DNA from: Paraspadella gotoi | Taxonomy: Eukaryota > Animalia > Chaetognatha | Assembly (NCBI GenBank): GCA_051294375.1 | Contig: CM119265.1 | Coordinates: 19,082,588 to 19,146,587, forward strand | Direction: 5' to 3' | Length of the DNA: 64,000 nt | Shown: piece by piece, positions 1 through 13,676 of the stretch | Position numbering within the stretch: the stretch's first letter is position 1 | How the letters are laid out: each line of letters opens with the position of its first letter | Program-made: the position numbers and the translations under genes | The notes under the pieces: generated by a model | Database searches by the model: none | What the model saw: the letters and a program-made list of their open reading frames with translations, nothing else | What the model was told of the DNA's origin: nothing

Positions 1-1085
1 GGTTTTGGATATTAGTCCACCATACTAAGAATTATGAATCATGGCATTTAACTAGATATTATCCCCATTTTTTTTACTTACGTCGTAAGATTTTCCCGAA
101 ATTTCAACTTGAACTTTCCCCACTCAGTGTCGAGCGGGGTGTGACGTCACAGCCCGATCGTCACCACCCAGAACAGTAGAGCATCATCCGGTGTGACTTT
201 TTTAAGCGAAGTGAAAATCGGAGAATTTGATGTGAGTTGAAATTTTCCAGTGAGGGGAACGATTTCGTATCTTATAGAGACTTCTTGTCATCGCTCGACC
301 CTTGAGAGCCAAAACCCAAAACACATTTTAAATGGCGAGACGTTTAATTTTAATATTAGATATTTATTCTTCTAAAAAAAATAAGGTGGCCGAAGAGATG
401 GCTGAAGAATTAACATATATATTAGTTATTACCACACATGATGATTTATTAAATATTTTTGTATCTAACGTTCAGCTCATCACATTAAAATTAAATCAAT
501 AGCCGTAATAACTGGCCATTTTGTTTTTATATTTTTTATGGTTTCATCAATGTGCTAGAAAGTAGAAAACATCCCTATGTTTATGTTCTCCGTTTAAGCA
601 TATAAGAATAACCTCGTTCTATTATATTGTTCAATGTTCAGCTAGCGACTTCTCGTGGAAAACCAAAATAAACATTTTTTTGGTCATCTGGAAGATCAAA
701 AACTTAAAGAGAAGTGTAATCCATAAAAACGAACGCGGTGTCAAGTGATTTACCGCAAATAATAAAATTGTTTTAGTAAAAATAACATAGGTGCAAGTTT
801 TTGTTAACGGAATCACCCAGTTTCCTAAAAAGCTACGTAGACGTAGACAAATAAGCTTGGATAACGTGATTCATGAAAGAATGTTTTACCTTGGCTGTCG
901 TCCGTCGTCGTCGTCATCAACGTTACGATATTGACATGATCGTCACGTTTCAACGCGTCGTGATGAGCGCGCTCGTCGTCATCGTCTGTCGTCGTCGTCG
1001 TCGTAATAATCGTCCTGAAAATTTGGAATTTTATCGTCAACTAATTTGTTTGCCTCAACGCTATCACAAATTGAAATTAGTTATA

Positions 1086-1087
<2 letters not shown>

Positions 1088-1170
<83 letters not shown>
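1088..1170. repeat. (TC)n microsatellite
   Basis: Directly visible, near-perfect TC run. It is one of dozens of GA/TC tracts in the window and explains the SL/ER-rich ORFs here. Confidence 0.95.
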
Positions 1171-1171
<1 letters not shown>

Positions 1172-3668
1172 GTTATCTCGTTGATTTTCCCGTCAGGATC
1201 TTCCCTTCGTGTACGATTTTCCTCAAAAGGGCAAAACGGGTTCGTATTTTCGGATGTAAGATTATATAAAGGATAGATCTGTTCTACATACAACTTCAAA
1301 GACAAAAAATCTAGAATAACCTAACTCTTCACTATCGCCTAGATATCCAAAGACGTCATTCGGCCTGGTCGAGAGGTTGAATAATTCCCCATCGGAAGGC
1401 GAGAGAGTCACCATGACGATTGCCTCCTAAACTTTAATACTTTCATTCTTCCTAATTCGGAAAAGACGACCCCTGATTTACGGTTTTCCATCCCGACGAA
1501 ACCGAAAACTTTCCTTTCCTGGCCATTTTTTTTTTTCTTGAAGGGATTTCCACCTGTCGAGTTTAGTGGCGATTTATCGGACTCAATCATGCGTCCTTTT
1601 TTCATAATTCCTGATCCGCTAATAAAATTTAGAAAGGAGGGGGAAAAAGAAAAATCCCCTTTGTTTCAAAACACAGAAATAATCATATTCTGTACTCCCA
1701 AAGCTCATCATCTCTCTCTTCCTCTCTTTCTCTCTTCTCTCTCTCTAACGGCTTCACTAAATTTCATATCATATCTTTTTGAGGGGTTCGGCGACGACGA
1801 CGACGACGATGACGACGACGAACTGGAGGAGAGTCATTAAGGGGATCCCGACGCTTGGCCGTCCAAAGATTTCCATGCATCGGAGTCCGATCGCAGGACC
1901 CCTCGAATCGGAACAGAGTCACGCACGACACTTTTGCTCTACCTTCCTTACCCGGTTCGCCGGGGTCCGGAGTTCCAATCAACCCCGTCCGGACTAATTA
2001 TTTTATTTTCATTTTTTTTTCTGTCACTCGGACGAGGCCGGGATTTTTGGGTTTGTGGGTGACTTGGCTCTTGGGTGTGTGCCGCATGGATTTGAAGGAA
2101 CGTGAGTTAAAGAGATAAATAAGAATGAGGTAAGAAGTAAGAAGGAAATAAGCAATTAGGGAGGTTTTTGACCTCTCGACTATCCCACTACTTCAATAGG
2201 AGGATCGAAACCATATTTCTATTTAGGTATTTATATATACATTAGTAACGATTGATGCAGAATTTAGGTTTCCAAAAGCGGCGCCGTTTATTTCGTTTTC
2301 CTCAATTTAGCAATTAGTATTAAAGTAACTTGATTTCAAGGATTTTTTTTTTCCGTAGAAAGAAGAAGGTCGATCAAGTGAGGATTTTTCCCTATTCTAT
2401 TAGCGTTAATTTAGAGTTTAAGTTATCCTTGGGATGTTTTTATGCTCTTTCCAGGACTCTATGCCCGAGAATAGATATTACATAATTTCTATGTACGACA
2501 ACGGGCGCAGTCGCGCTGTCACTGGTCGGTAAGAGAGAAAGAAGAATATTTTCTCCGTCGAGATCAACGGATCGACTTCAGCCCTATATCCCGACATTCC
2601 TTCGGCCGCGCAACGATCGTCGTCGCGTCGTGTCGCGTCGTCAAAAAAAACAACCAACAAAAAATCCGTCCCTTTTATTATTATGAATTTTACCTCAATT
2701 TTGCTCGACGACGCGGAAAAAAAATCGGAATCCCTTTTTAATTCGTTCAGAAGAGAGAGAGAGAGAGAAGAGGAGAGAGAGAGAGAGAGAGAGCAGATGA
2801 GAGAGAGAGAGAGAGAGGAGAGAGCAGAGAGAGTAATTACAGAGAGGAGGAAGGGGAGAACAAAGGGAGGTCTTTGCATTCGATTACTTCTGGCGCTTGG
2901 TCCGGGGGGAGAGAGACGAAGGGAGGGACGAAAAGATGGCGCCGGGCGCAGGGTGGGTGCAGAGTGGAGGCAGGCTTTGTTGTTTTTTTTTGAGGGTTGT
3001 TGTTGTTGCTTCTTCTTCTTCTCTCCCACGATTTTCCTTTGTTTCGTTCGGAGCTTCGACCTTAGAACCAACGATCTACGATCCCCGATCCCCATCTCCA
3101 ATCCCCATCCTCCGATCCCCCATCCTTGTCATTCTCGTCATTAAAAACCGTCGGTCCCGGGATAAACTCATCCCAGCGCCCCAAATTCCGTGACTTACCC
3201 CTCGGACCGAGGTTCGCGTCCGAGGAAAGTGTCTACTTACTCCTCACCCATCGTCGCCCCCCCCTTGATTTAATCCGCTGCCCATCAGTTCGTCAGAACT
3301 CGCTAAAAAAATCAAGGTTCGCTCTTGTTTTTCGAAGAATAAAGAACAATATAAAAAGGAGGGGTTAAAAAAAACAAAGTGGTCCCGTAATGCGCGGTGA
3401 ATCGCTTTCATCGTAAACAAATACTAATTGATTAATATATTTTTATAATAATTTAATTTTTTTAATAGTTTTAATAATATTTGTATTTATTCTTTTATAA
3501 CAAGTATTAAATATAAAATTTAAATTTATGATTATATGATCTAATAGTTCAAATAGTTTACCCAGTTAAATATAAAAGATCAGAGTAAAACCTTTAAATA
3601 AATATATTTTATTATATTATTTAATTTATAATTTTTTAAATTTTTTAAATAACCATAAAATATTATTT

Positions 3669-3717
3669 ATGGACTCTTAATCCTGCGGGTCGGTTCGAGC
3701 CCCACATTTGGGCGCCA
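3669..3717 (+). pseudogene. tRNA-Lys(CTT) 3'-half fragment ending in CCA
   Basis: ATGGACTCTTAATCCTGCGGGTCGGTTCGAGCCCCACATTTGGGCGCCA resembles the 3' half of eukaryotic tRNA-Lys-CTT (ATGAGACTCTTAATCTCAGGGTCGTGGGTTCGAGCCCCACGTTGGGCG). It has anticodon loop CT-CTT-AA, T-loop GTTCGAG, the 3' acceptor strand, then CCA at 3715-3717. The D-arm/5' half is absent. Confidence 0.75.
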
Positions 3718-4248
3718 CTGAAGAAGAAGACGTATATCGCACCGGTAATGTTTTATGAGCGAAAAAGTCCCTGCCGGAATAGTATTAGAAAAAAAGGAAG
3801 TTAGTAGAACTCGAGGCACCGGAAGACTGGACGAAAAAGACGGATCCATCGGGAGAGGGAGGGGAAGAGGAGGATGAGGATCGAGCAAATGCTAACATCA
3901 CCCAACCGGCGAATCGCTGTGTGCTTTACCTTCTCTCATAAAGGAATTACACTGCTCAAAAAAAACAAAAGGAAAATCGAAAAATAAAAAAAAGAAGATT
4001 TTTTTCTCGATTTAATCATGGAACCGAAGAACTAAAATCGGAAGTCGAGAAGACAAAACCGGGTTAATGAGAAGATGCTAAAAAAGAAGGCCCCTCGCGA
4101 CTCTCTCTCGCTCTCGCTCTCTCTTTCTCTGCCTCGCTTCTATCGGCTCACTCACCCTTCTTTTGTTTTCCGCATTTTTTTGTTTAGCTACCTGGTAAAA
4201 TCCGATAATTAACTCTGATTCGCTCTTCGAATCATAATCTCCCTCTTG

Positions 4249-4301
<53 letters not shown>

Positions 4302-4514
4302 CGTTCATTTGCTTTCTCCGCGACGCACCGTGCCTAATGATTTTCCCAGGAAAGATGCGCTCGATTTCCAGCGGACTGGAAATCGTCGAACGCGAGGAGA
4401 GAGAACAGAGGATTGTCGAGAGAGAGAGAGAGAGGAGAGACGAGAGAGAGAGAGAGGAGAGAGAGAGAAATATATGAAAGCAAAAGTGAGGCTTTAGGCC
4501 AGTGTTTTAAAACT

Positions 4515-4595
<81 letters not shown>
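4515..4595. repeat. (GA)n microsatellite
   Basis: Long GA run, directly visible. Confidence 0.95.
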
Positions 4596-4600
<5 letters not shown>

Positions 4601-5207
4601 TCCAGTGATAAATAAGAAATAAAGTAGCAGAAAATATACATTGTTTCCAGATTCTCTGCTGTTGTTTCAATGTGCATTGATCTAAGTTAATATCCAATCT
4701 CACAACTCAAGTAAATTTTCAATAGAGATCAAATCTTCGTCACGTGATTGTCTTCGCTCTGGTCACTCCGACGACCTCGCCCGTCGACCGCGATTCCCCG
4801 CCAAGATGACGCCTGATAACTCACCTTCGCTCGCTTGCGGGTTGACTTACCTTTTTTTTTGGTCATGCGCCCCCCTGGATGGGATGGCGTAACGACAAAG
4901 CACTGGACGGGACAGGGCTTGCCTTTGACCAAATGACAAAGACTAAGACTATGATAAAAGATAAGTTTTACTCTCTCCTGTCATTGCCCATTGCCCATGC
5001 CAAATATACCCAGTGTAAAATGCCCAAAGCCCGTTCGTCATTTCCAACCTTCTTTCTTTCTGCCCTTGGTCTTTCAAATTATTTAAATCTGTATAATGTA
5101 TATTGTATAATTGTATATGTATACCCAAGAAGTTGCATCGCCTCCGTCCTATGACTAACCTACCCGCCGACCGTTCCGAATCACTCTTATCCTTTCTCCG
5201 TCCTTCG

Positions 5208-5423
5208 TTAACAGCCAAAATTTCCGGCGCGAAAAAAAATCGTTACGAAATTACGCTTTCCCTTCTTTTTGAGCCACGAAATATTCTCAACATCGTCTTT
5301 ATCTTCGTCGTCTTTTTCGTCGTCAACATCGTCTTTTAGATGAGACTCGACAACTCGAGACTTTCCCGCGGAGAGTCCATATGATCCTCGATGATTTTCT
5401 CGCTGCGAAACAACGCTCCTCAC
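5208..5423 (-). CDS. Possible exon fragment of an unidentified acidic/basic low-complexity protein
   Basis: Open frame ...SHLKDDVDDEKDDEDKDDVENISWLKKKGKRNF..., an acidic patch followed by an NLS-like run. No homology recognised, and it could arise from (ACG)n-type repeats. Confidence 0.2.
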   Translation of the reverse strand: MRSVVSQRENHRGSYGLSAGKSRVVESHLKDDVDDEKDDEDKDDVENISWLKKKGKRNFVTIFFRAGNFGC

Positions 5424-5787
5424 CGCCCACTAATCATCGTCGTCGTCGTCGCGTCGTCTCGTCGTCGTCATTGATCCGTCACTTTCCTTGACTCTCCGAG
5501 TTTTTTTTAATTCTTGTTTATTATCCCGACTATTTATTCTGCATTCTTTCAAAAATTCATCTTCTATACCTTCTACTTTCTTCATTTTTTACTTTTCTTC
5601 ATCTACTGCAATTATGAAAAAAACTTATCTGGTCCGCCGGAATCTTTACAGGATAAATTGCAGAATACAATTAATTAAAGTGTTTCGCTGTGTCGTCGTT
5701 GTCCAAAATGTTTACTCAAAAATCCCTTTTACTTCATATTTACTGTTCAAGGTTTTTCTTGTTTTCTCTGCCTCTTCAGAGGGTCTG

Positions 5788-5847
<60 letters not shown>

Positions 5848-7000
5848 GTACTTTTCCTGGGATTTTTTGGTACCAGCAATGATGCGTCTTCATTAGTCAG
5901 TTTTAGGAATTCGAGCATGATGAATAATGATGTCATAAAGTCAAGAGTGATATCATAAAATGATCAATAGTGTGATATTTGAATTCATAAACAAAATACT
6001 TAGCTCCGACAGTTCAAGGGATAATTCCTATTTTTTTGTTTTCGACGCATCTGGGTACTGATTACTTCGTCGTCCTTGAATCACAAAAAGTGAGATTATG
6101 CACCGTCGAGTATGCGTCATTTATCGAAAATCAATTTTTTGATAAATAGTCACTTATTTAGGGCGAATAATGGACCGGATAAAATGTGAAAAGTCATTCT
6201 GTTATATTTTATTTTTCTTTCTCACAAATTATTGTCGAATATTGATTTCTGTGTCTCTTTTTTAGTATTATTCAATTACTTTTCATTGTCGTCTGTGTTC
6301 TAAATACTAAATGAGTACCATTTTATGTCAGTAAAAGGGGAACCTTAAGGCATAGATAATCACTTCTGCTTCGTCCCAAGTTACCTTGAAAAAGGATCAG
6401 AATAGAGAATCTTGCCCGTAAAAGATTTGGGGATTTTGCAAAAGGATTTTGAAGAGGAATTCTTTCCAGTAAAAACCGACTTAAATATTCCTGATATTTA
6501 ATCCTAAAAAATCCTCTGCCAGGGAACGCTTTGGGTTAGCTTGAAGAGTGAATAAATTTACTGGGAGATATTCATTTTGGTTTTTTTTGTTAAAACAAAT
6601 ACATTGTTAAATATATCTTTAAACGTTTCGGTTATTAATTAAGATATCATTATGGTTATTATAGAATATACTTAAGTCTTATAATTTAACTGATAACGGC
6701 ATATAACATACTACACCTTTGGATGTTTTTGTTTATTTCTTACCGTCCCTATCATAAATGTCTCTTCGTAAATCCGTCCATGCGTCGATTATCCACCCGT
6801 CGATCCCCATTTTCGGAGATCATCCCAATTTCCTCTTCTTTTCCTCTTCCCCATTTTATTCCCTTTTAATCCCCATTTTCTTCTCGTCTTCATGAAAGGG
6901 AATCAGGGACAAGCACCTGTCGCTTTTTTCCTTTTGACCCTAAACAACAGGCGATTATGGTTGGGAGGAAGAGGAGGCCCCAAATACAATATCATTACCC

Positions 7001-7033
<33 letters not shown>

Positions 7034-7871
7034 TCTCTCTCTCGTCTCTCCATCTCTTACTCTTCTCTCTCCTCATTCCACCTCCACCAAGGGCGTCGGG
7101 AACCCCTCAAGAAACCTCCCTGTATACCCGGCCACCCATGACCTCCCCCTCACTTCCAAAGCCTCCACAGACAACATCGCTTTCGTCATCGGCCCTCCGG
7201 GGTTGGCTCCTTATTAATTTCGTTGGTCCGTCGGACGTCAAGTCTTGGAATCTCCTGTTCTGTTACGAAAAGGAACTCGTAGAGTCGCCTGAGTTTGAAA
7301 CTGTAGGTCGTCGTGGCGGTTGTTGTTGTTGCCTTTGTCGTCGTCGTCGTTGGTCATTCGACCAAGTCATTGTTGCCTCGAGCATCGAGGCAAAAAGAAC
7401 AGCGCTTTTCCCAGTCGCAGGTTCGTAATAACATCGTTGCAAATAAAACGGAAAGGATATATATAATTGTATAGTAGGTTCTATAATACATACTTTGGAC
7501 GTGATAATCAACAGTCGGTTTTTAAGTGGACAAAAAAAGAAATTCAACCTAACCAACTGAAAGAGAGCTAAGTATCGAGACTCAAGCAAATCAGCGACTT
7601 CCGCCATCTCTCCATCTCCTCGAAGAAAAACATCCCTTCAAATCCAGCGCGTCTCGCCAAACGGTCACGTCACAACATCGCGTCAAAAAAAGAATCGATA
7701 CGTCGCTTCAAAGCACGCCGCGTCAACAAAGACTCGCGTTGAAACTCGGGGTGTCCCTGCCTGTCCCGTCATCTCTGCTGTTATTATGACAAATGAGTTC
7801 ATTCCACAATAATCAAAAAATTGACGTCATTTTCCCTCAGCGGTCAATCATTAAAAAAGAAAACAAAATGT

Positions 7872-8189
7872 TTAGACGTTGACCGTTTCGTATGTTGTCG
7901 TCGTTACATCCACCTCATCTTTCGTAATCGTCGTATCTCGACTTTTCGTTTCTTTCGGTTTTTGTTTCTTGCTGGTCGTTTTTTCGGTTGTCTTCGTCTG
8001 TTCGTTCCAACCTTTTTTTCTTTCGCTTTTCACATCTTCTTCAGCGTCATCGTCGGCAAAATCGTTTCGATCTTTAAAAGTCATCGACCCCTGGTCGCAG
8101 ATATCCCTAGTGGCTCCCTGACTTTTACCCCCACCACCCCGGCCATTTGAAGACTTTTCTCTCTCCTCGAAGTTTTTGCCCTGAATCAT
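7872..8189 (-). CDS. Possible terminal exon of an unidentified charged, disordered protein
   Basis: 105-codon ORF that is not microsatellite-derived (...FKDRNDFADDDAEEDVKSERKKGWNEQTKTTEK...YETVNV*). A candidate acceptor GTTTACAG lies just upstream near 8199. No family recognised. Confidence 0.3.
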   Translation of the reverse strand: MIQGKNFEEREKSSNGRGGGGKSQGATRDICDQGSMTFKDRNDFADDDAEEDVKSERKKGWNEQTKTTEKTTSKKQKPKETKSRDTTITKDEVDVTTTTYETVNV

Positions 8190-11180
8190 CGTTCTCCACT
8201 GTAAACCATCTGTCTTATCTGCCTCTCTTGCTTCTTCTCTCTCTCTCTCTCTCTCTGCTCTCTCGCCGTCCCTCTCTCTTCTCTTCTCTCCTGCTATCCT
8301 CCTCCATCCCTCTCTATCTCTCTCTCTTCTATCTTCTTCCCGGACCGTGACCCCCTCTATACCTCACGAAACCTAACCCCCCACCTTCATATCACGCCTT
8401 CGCTATGTCTGCCATCGGTCGAGTAATGAACTTTCTCCAGGCTTTTTTTTTTGTAGACGATGATTAAACTGATCCCCACGACTAGCCACCTCCCCCCCCC
8501 TTTGGCCTTGATGCGCGGAACTGGGACGGGAGTTNNNNNNNNNNNNNNNNNNNNNNNNNTATTGTGAGAAGAGGGAACTTCTACTCATTAAAATTCTTCG
8601 GTTCCATTAGAGGCCGACATTTTTTTTTTAAAACCGGCGAACGAAGAGTGGGCATTCTGGGTGGAATATTTCGAACGAATGGCATCGAATTTCTGCGTTA
8701 TTCTACCTTACGTGGTATAATTTATTAATTCTTAGAAAGTAAACCGTATTGTAGTTTTGTGACGAAATATTAAAATTTAAAAATAAATGCTTCATTTAGC
8801 AAGCTTCGTGGTTCTTGTGAATTTTGTTTAAGCCGTTTATCATGAATGGATGAAATATATTTTTACGAGATATTCTTCATTTCTATCATTTTCAATCTTT
8901 AAAAAAGTTTATGGTATTACAAGAAAATGTTGCATTGCCATTTGTAATAAAGACTTTTACGTAATTGGGATTTCCTTCTAAATTGTTTATGTTCAAAGAC
9001 GATTCTCGGTGCCATCGAATGGAACCGTCGCCGTCGTCGATCATCTTCGTTCTCGTCAGCGTCGTTCGTCGTAACGCTGGTTAATTCGATTAATGTCTAT
9101 TAATTCCTTTTTTTCAAAAAATTCTGAGAGGGTTATGGACGAAGTGGGAAGTAGAAATCTTTCCAACGCCAAAGATGTGGGCATAATCTGAGCCTCGAGG
9201 TAACGGGAACATTTTTCTAGACCAGTTTGGAGATGTCACCTGCTCTCTCATCCCTGGGAAACCCCGTATTGAAAGACAAATACCGCTCAGTAATTATATC
9301 TTCTTTTTTTTTCACCTTCGCTTTGTTCCCGTTTAAATCATTATCGTTTTTAGGTTTGAATTGATGAATTTATATTTATTTTTCTTCGCTCGTTCATTTT
9401 TTTTTAAAGACCTCGATATTATTTTTCTTTATTTTTAGGTTTTCTATGTAAACTCGTGGAGCGACTCATTAATACTAATCAATAAGATTAGTCTTTAGAT
9501 TTTTTTCCCCTTTTTTTTATGCCCTCAGGTGAAATCTTGTCACGACCTCTTTGTCTTTCCACCGTCGTTAGTAACACCTTATTTACGACAGATGATATCT
9601 CAAGATTCTCTCAAGCGCTTTTTTTTTCGAAATGGATTCCTTGCTGTCTAAGCACTTTTTAACAACGGAAAACTTTTAACGAAGGTCCTTGCGTCATTTA
9701 ATATACTTATCAGTTTGTAAATGACCCTAAGATAAAGTTTTATTGGTAAAACTCGCTGGTCGGGCGCATAGTGGGAGAAACTCCGGCGTATCTAATTTTC
9801 ATAACTAAGGAGTGAAAAGAAATTAACCGGGGATGAAACTATCGCCGTTTATTTTTCAGAACAGTTATGGAATATTTTGAATAAAATTAACGTCGTTATT
9901 TTTAAGTGATTACTATGACGTCAAACGGTTCGTTAAAGTTTTACCTTTTCGGTCAACGAGGGAAACAACACGAGTTTTGAATAAGACGACGACGAGGGGA
10001 ACTTTAAAGAAGACGAAGGACCGTTTCCATTCGGATCTCATAATCCAAACTAACATTACAGAAAAAAGTGTTAAATGAATAAATTATATCGAGAATGAGA
10101 CCGAGATACTTAGTATTCTTATTGTTTTCTGTTGACGCGCCTTTTTACACGTACCTATTACGTAATACAAAGGAACGTTTCAATTTCAAGATTATGTGAT
10201 TTTTCTTTAAAAAACTTTTTGAAAAAATCCGAAAAAAAAAAATAAATAAAAAAAAATCTCTGATTAATCGATTTTTCGCTGTCATTCCTTGGCTGGAAAT
10301 CCTGTCTCCTATTTTTTAGATCCGCTTCATCCAGCTCGATTCTGATTGGTCGAACGATCGCGACTTTCGATCTCCCGCTGGATGCTCTTTTGTTTCAATG
10401 TCGAGGATTCCAGCGACGAGGAAAACAACGGGAGAGTAACGTCACAGGCTAGCGGCGAAAAATTGAAGATAGAAAGGGAAAGATGAATCGAAATTAGGTC
10501 TTATGATTTAATAACAATTGTTTATTGCAGTCGCTGTTATTTTTGGATAAACATTTATCACTGGTTAAAAAATACAAATTTTCTTTCCGATATTAAACAA
10601 AACAATGAATCTATCATTCTTGTAAAATTCTTAGAAATAATATTTCGATCTTTGAAATGGAGTCAAAGATTTATTCATCTTACGAAAATAAAACTTCTTT
10701 TAATTCTATATTTTATAATGAGATTTGATCATAAAAATTGTATTTAAGAATGACCTCCCACGATTTTTTAAAATGTAAAAACGATCGGTACACATTCGCT
10801 TCTGTTTACTCTAGTTTTATACTATCATAAAAAACGTTAACCCATTACAAAAAAAATATTTCTGTAGGTTGATATTTCTGTAACACATTACAGACATTTT
10901 CAGACCAAGCGTAGGATATCTATTATCTAATGGACAACCTTAATCGAAGGGTTAGTACAAAGATTGAAGGGGAATTTTTCTATCAAAGTTGCCGTCAGTC
11001 GACGGTCGATGTGGGAAAGGGAAAAGGGAAATTCGGACGATGGCATCAGTTACACTTTTTTTTACGTGTCGTCATTGTTGTTGTTGTTGTTGACGAAACT
11101 GCGACGAGTTCTATGACGGAATCTTCCATTAATTTCTATATTTGCGAATGCAATTCCCAAAACCTCGTTCCCATTAGCAG

Positions 11181-11743
11181 NNNNNNNNNNNNNNNNNNNN
11201 NNNNNNNNNNNNNNNNNNNNNNNNNNNNNNNNNNNNNNNNNNNNNNNNNNNNNNNNNNNNNNNNNNNNNNNNNNNNNNNNNNNNNNNNNNNNNNNNNNNN
11301 NNNNNNNNNNNNNNNNNNNNNNNNNNNNNNNNNNNNNNNNNNNNNNNNNNNNNNNNNNNNNNNNNNNNNNNNNNNNNNNNNNNNNNNNNNNNNNNNNNNN
11401 NNNNNNNNNNNNNNNNNNNNNNNNNNNNNNNNNNNNNNNNNNNNNNNNNNNNNNNNNNNNNNNNNNNNNNNNNNNNNNNNNNNNNNNNNNNNNNNNNNNN
11501 NNNNNNNNNNNNNNNNNNNNNNNNNNNNNNNNNNNNNNNNNNNNNNNNNNNNNNNNNNNNNNNNNNNNNNNNNNNNNNNNNNNNNNNNNNNNNNNNNNNN
11601 NNNNNNNNNNNNNNNNNNNNNNNNNNNNNNNNNNNNNNNNNNNNNNNNNNNNNNNNNNNNNNNNNNNNNNNNNNNNNNNNNNNNNNNNNNNNNNNNNNNN
11701 NNNNNNNNNNNNNNNNNNNNNNNNNNNNNNNNNNNNNNNNNNN
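11181..11743. other. Assembly gap (N run)
   Basis: Other large gaps: 54857-55007, 58888-59204, 59499-59598. Exact 25-N gaps: 8535, 29855, 34140, 44826, 53431, 55659. 10-N gaps: 30474, 31911, 48130. Confidence 0.99.
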
Positions 11744-12095
11744 ACATTTCCTCTCAAGCAAGTCCTTTCCAAAGAGACAATGCGCCGTCTCCAAAAACCA
11801 GTCATCCCCTTGCCCTGTGGGAACTCGTCCCCCCCCCCCATCTTCATTTTCTTGTTTTCGGGCTGATGATTTTCCTGGACTAATTATCGTGGTTTGACGT
11901 CATCGTCGTCGTCGTCGTCTCGTCGTCGTCGTCCTCATTCGAAGTTTCCATTCATTTTCTAGTGCAAAAGGATAAAAATAACATTCCATTAGTTTTGCGA
12001 TGTCGACGTCATCGTCGTCGTCGTCGTTCGTCCGTTTTGTCGTCGCAGAGTCAAATCGGGAAGAACCAGAGGCGGAAATGGCGTTTCGGCGATTC

Positions 12096-12162
<67 letters not shown>

Positions 12163-13074
12163 CTAAAAAAAGGTGGAAGATAAGAAAAGAAGGATGGCGG
12201 GCTCAAAAGGAGAACCATAGATTAGGAATAATTATCTTTTAACGACTATAAAGAATATACCGAGGAGGGAAAGGAGGGAGGGGAAAGGAGGGAGGGGAAG
12301 AGGAAGAGAGGATCTCTCGCTCTCGTAATTACAGCGCAATTTCCCCGCGTAACGACGGCGAAGAGAAATGGAAAAAAGTTTGGTAATAATATGAAACTGC
12401 TTGGTAATAATAGCGATAACGGCGATATTAATTATGGGTCTCGTCCGTTTGCCAGGATATTTTGGACGTTGGCCAGAAGAATATTAGTCCCGCGTTTTAG
12501 AGATCAAATTAATTATAAATCAATAATTTTGCGAGTTATAATGATCCGGGAATTTAAAAGAAAGAAAGAAATCTCTCTAATTAATCTGCCGAAACAATAT
12601 CTTATACAAGACCGACCGACCGATCGGCCCAGGAAGCATCTCAACCAATTGTCGAACGATCGATTTCAAAAGACCGAGCGATCGTTTGTTACATCAAAAA
12701 AAATCTTCCGACTTTTCTCCCGCTTTTCTTTTTTCGCACAAACTCGTGACTTGTGTCTCAATTTCCTAGGACCCCCTTCGATAAGTGGCTCCAGCCTTTT
12801 TTCCCCCTTCCTCTTCCTTCTCCTCCTCCTCTTCCTCATCCTTTCTTTTTAACTCATCCTCTTCCTCTTCCTTTTCTTCTTACTTTGAAAGTTTGAGCGG
12901 AAAAACTTAAGATAGAATACTTCAATTGAATCGTGCATGGAATCATTTATCGCTGTAAAGAAATGATGTTTTGGATTGAAGCATTGGCTCTCAATTCCAT
13001 GATCGCCCATTTTCTGTTGCTTTATCCCGAAATTTAAATATAATCTTAGTATTCAAATTAAATATAATCTTAAA

Positions 13075-13265
13075 TTTATAACCCATTCCTAAACACAATC
13101 CCAAAACCCGTATATCAAATTTTTAACCCTAATCACTAGCCTAATCCTTAACCTTAATCCTTAACAATAATCATTAACCTATTCTTGACCCTAATCCCTA
13201 ACCCTAATCACTAGCCTAATACTTACCCTAATCCCTAACCCTAACATCCAAGCTAATCTTTAACT
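13075..13265 (+). repeat. Degenerate (CCCTAA)-like hexamer array with a 75-bp higher-order repeat
   Basis: ccctaa/ccttaa/cactag/cctaat units. AACCCTAATCACTAGCCTAAT occurs at 13125 and again at 13200. Confidence 0.75.
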
Positions 13266-13570
13266 TGAAAAATTAATCTAATTACCTATTTACGATTGAA
13301 TGGTGTGTTTTTTCAAAGACAAGATCCGGATCCCTATTTCTCAATAAAACTATGTATTTCCCAGTTTTTACCCTTTTGATTATTGATATTTGCTGAGTGA
13401 ACGATTGACTGCTCACTGCTCAGTGATGGATTAAGTAAATTATTTATTTACATGATGGTTGACTTATTCTTTTCGATCGTAATTTCAGTGTTTTGAGTTT
13501 ACATAATTTAAGAAAAAAACACGATAAATATTTTATTTAGCAATACGGGAATAAGAGGGAGGGGTTGAGT

Positions 13571-13676
<106 letters not shown>

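Noticed and set aside
1-830. Possible DNA-transposon remnant (GTGACGTCAC palindrome at 140-149; GGAATCACCCAG end-like motif near 810-821)
   Set aside because: No matching second terminus or coding remnant is visible in the window.
6345-6500. Minus-strand KVTWDEAEV, matching the lectin TWDEA motif
   Set aside because: The following Cys is not in frame, no other CTLD motifs follow, and a 5-residue match is within chance.
7170-7217. IAFVIGPPG resembling a nucleotide-kinase P-loop
   Set aside because: It lacks GK[ST] and stops four codons later.
10930-11883. Long ORFs of up to 317 aa (also at 54556-55083 and 58838-59637)
   Set aside because: They are open only because they run through N gaps.
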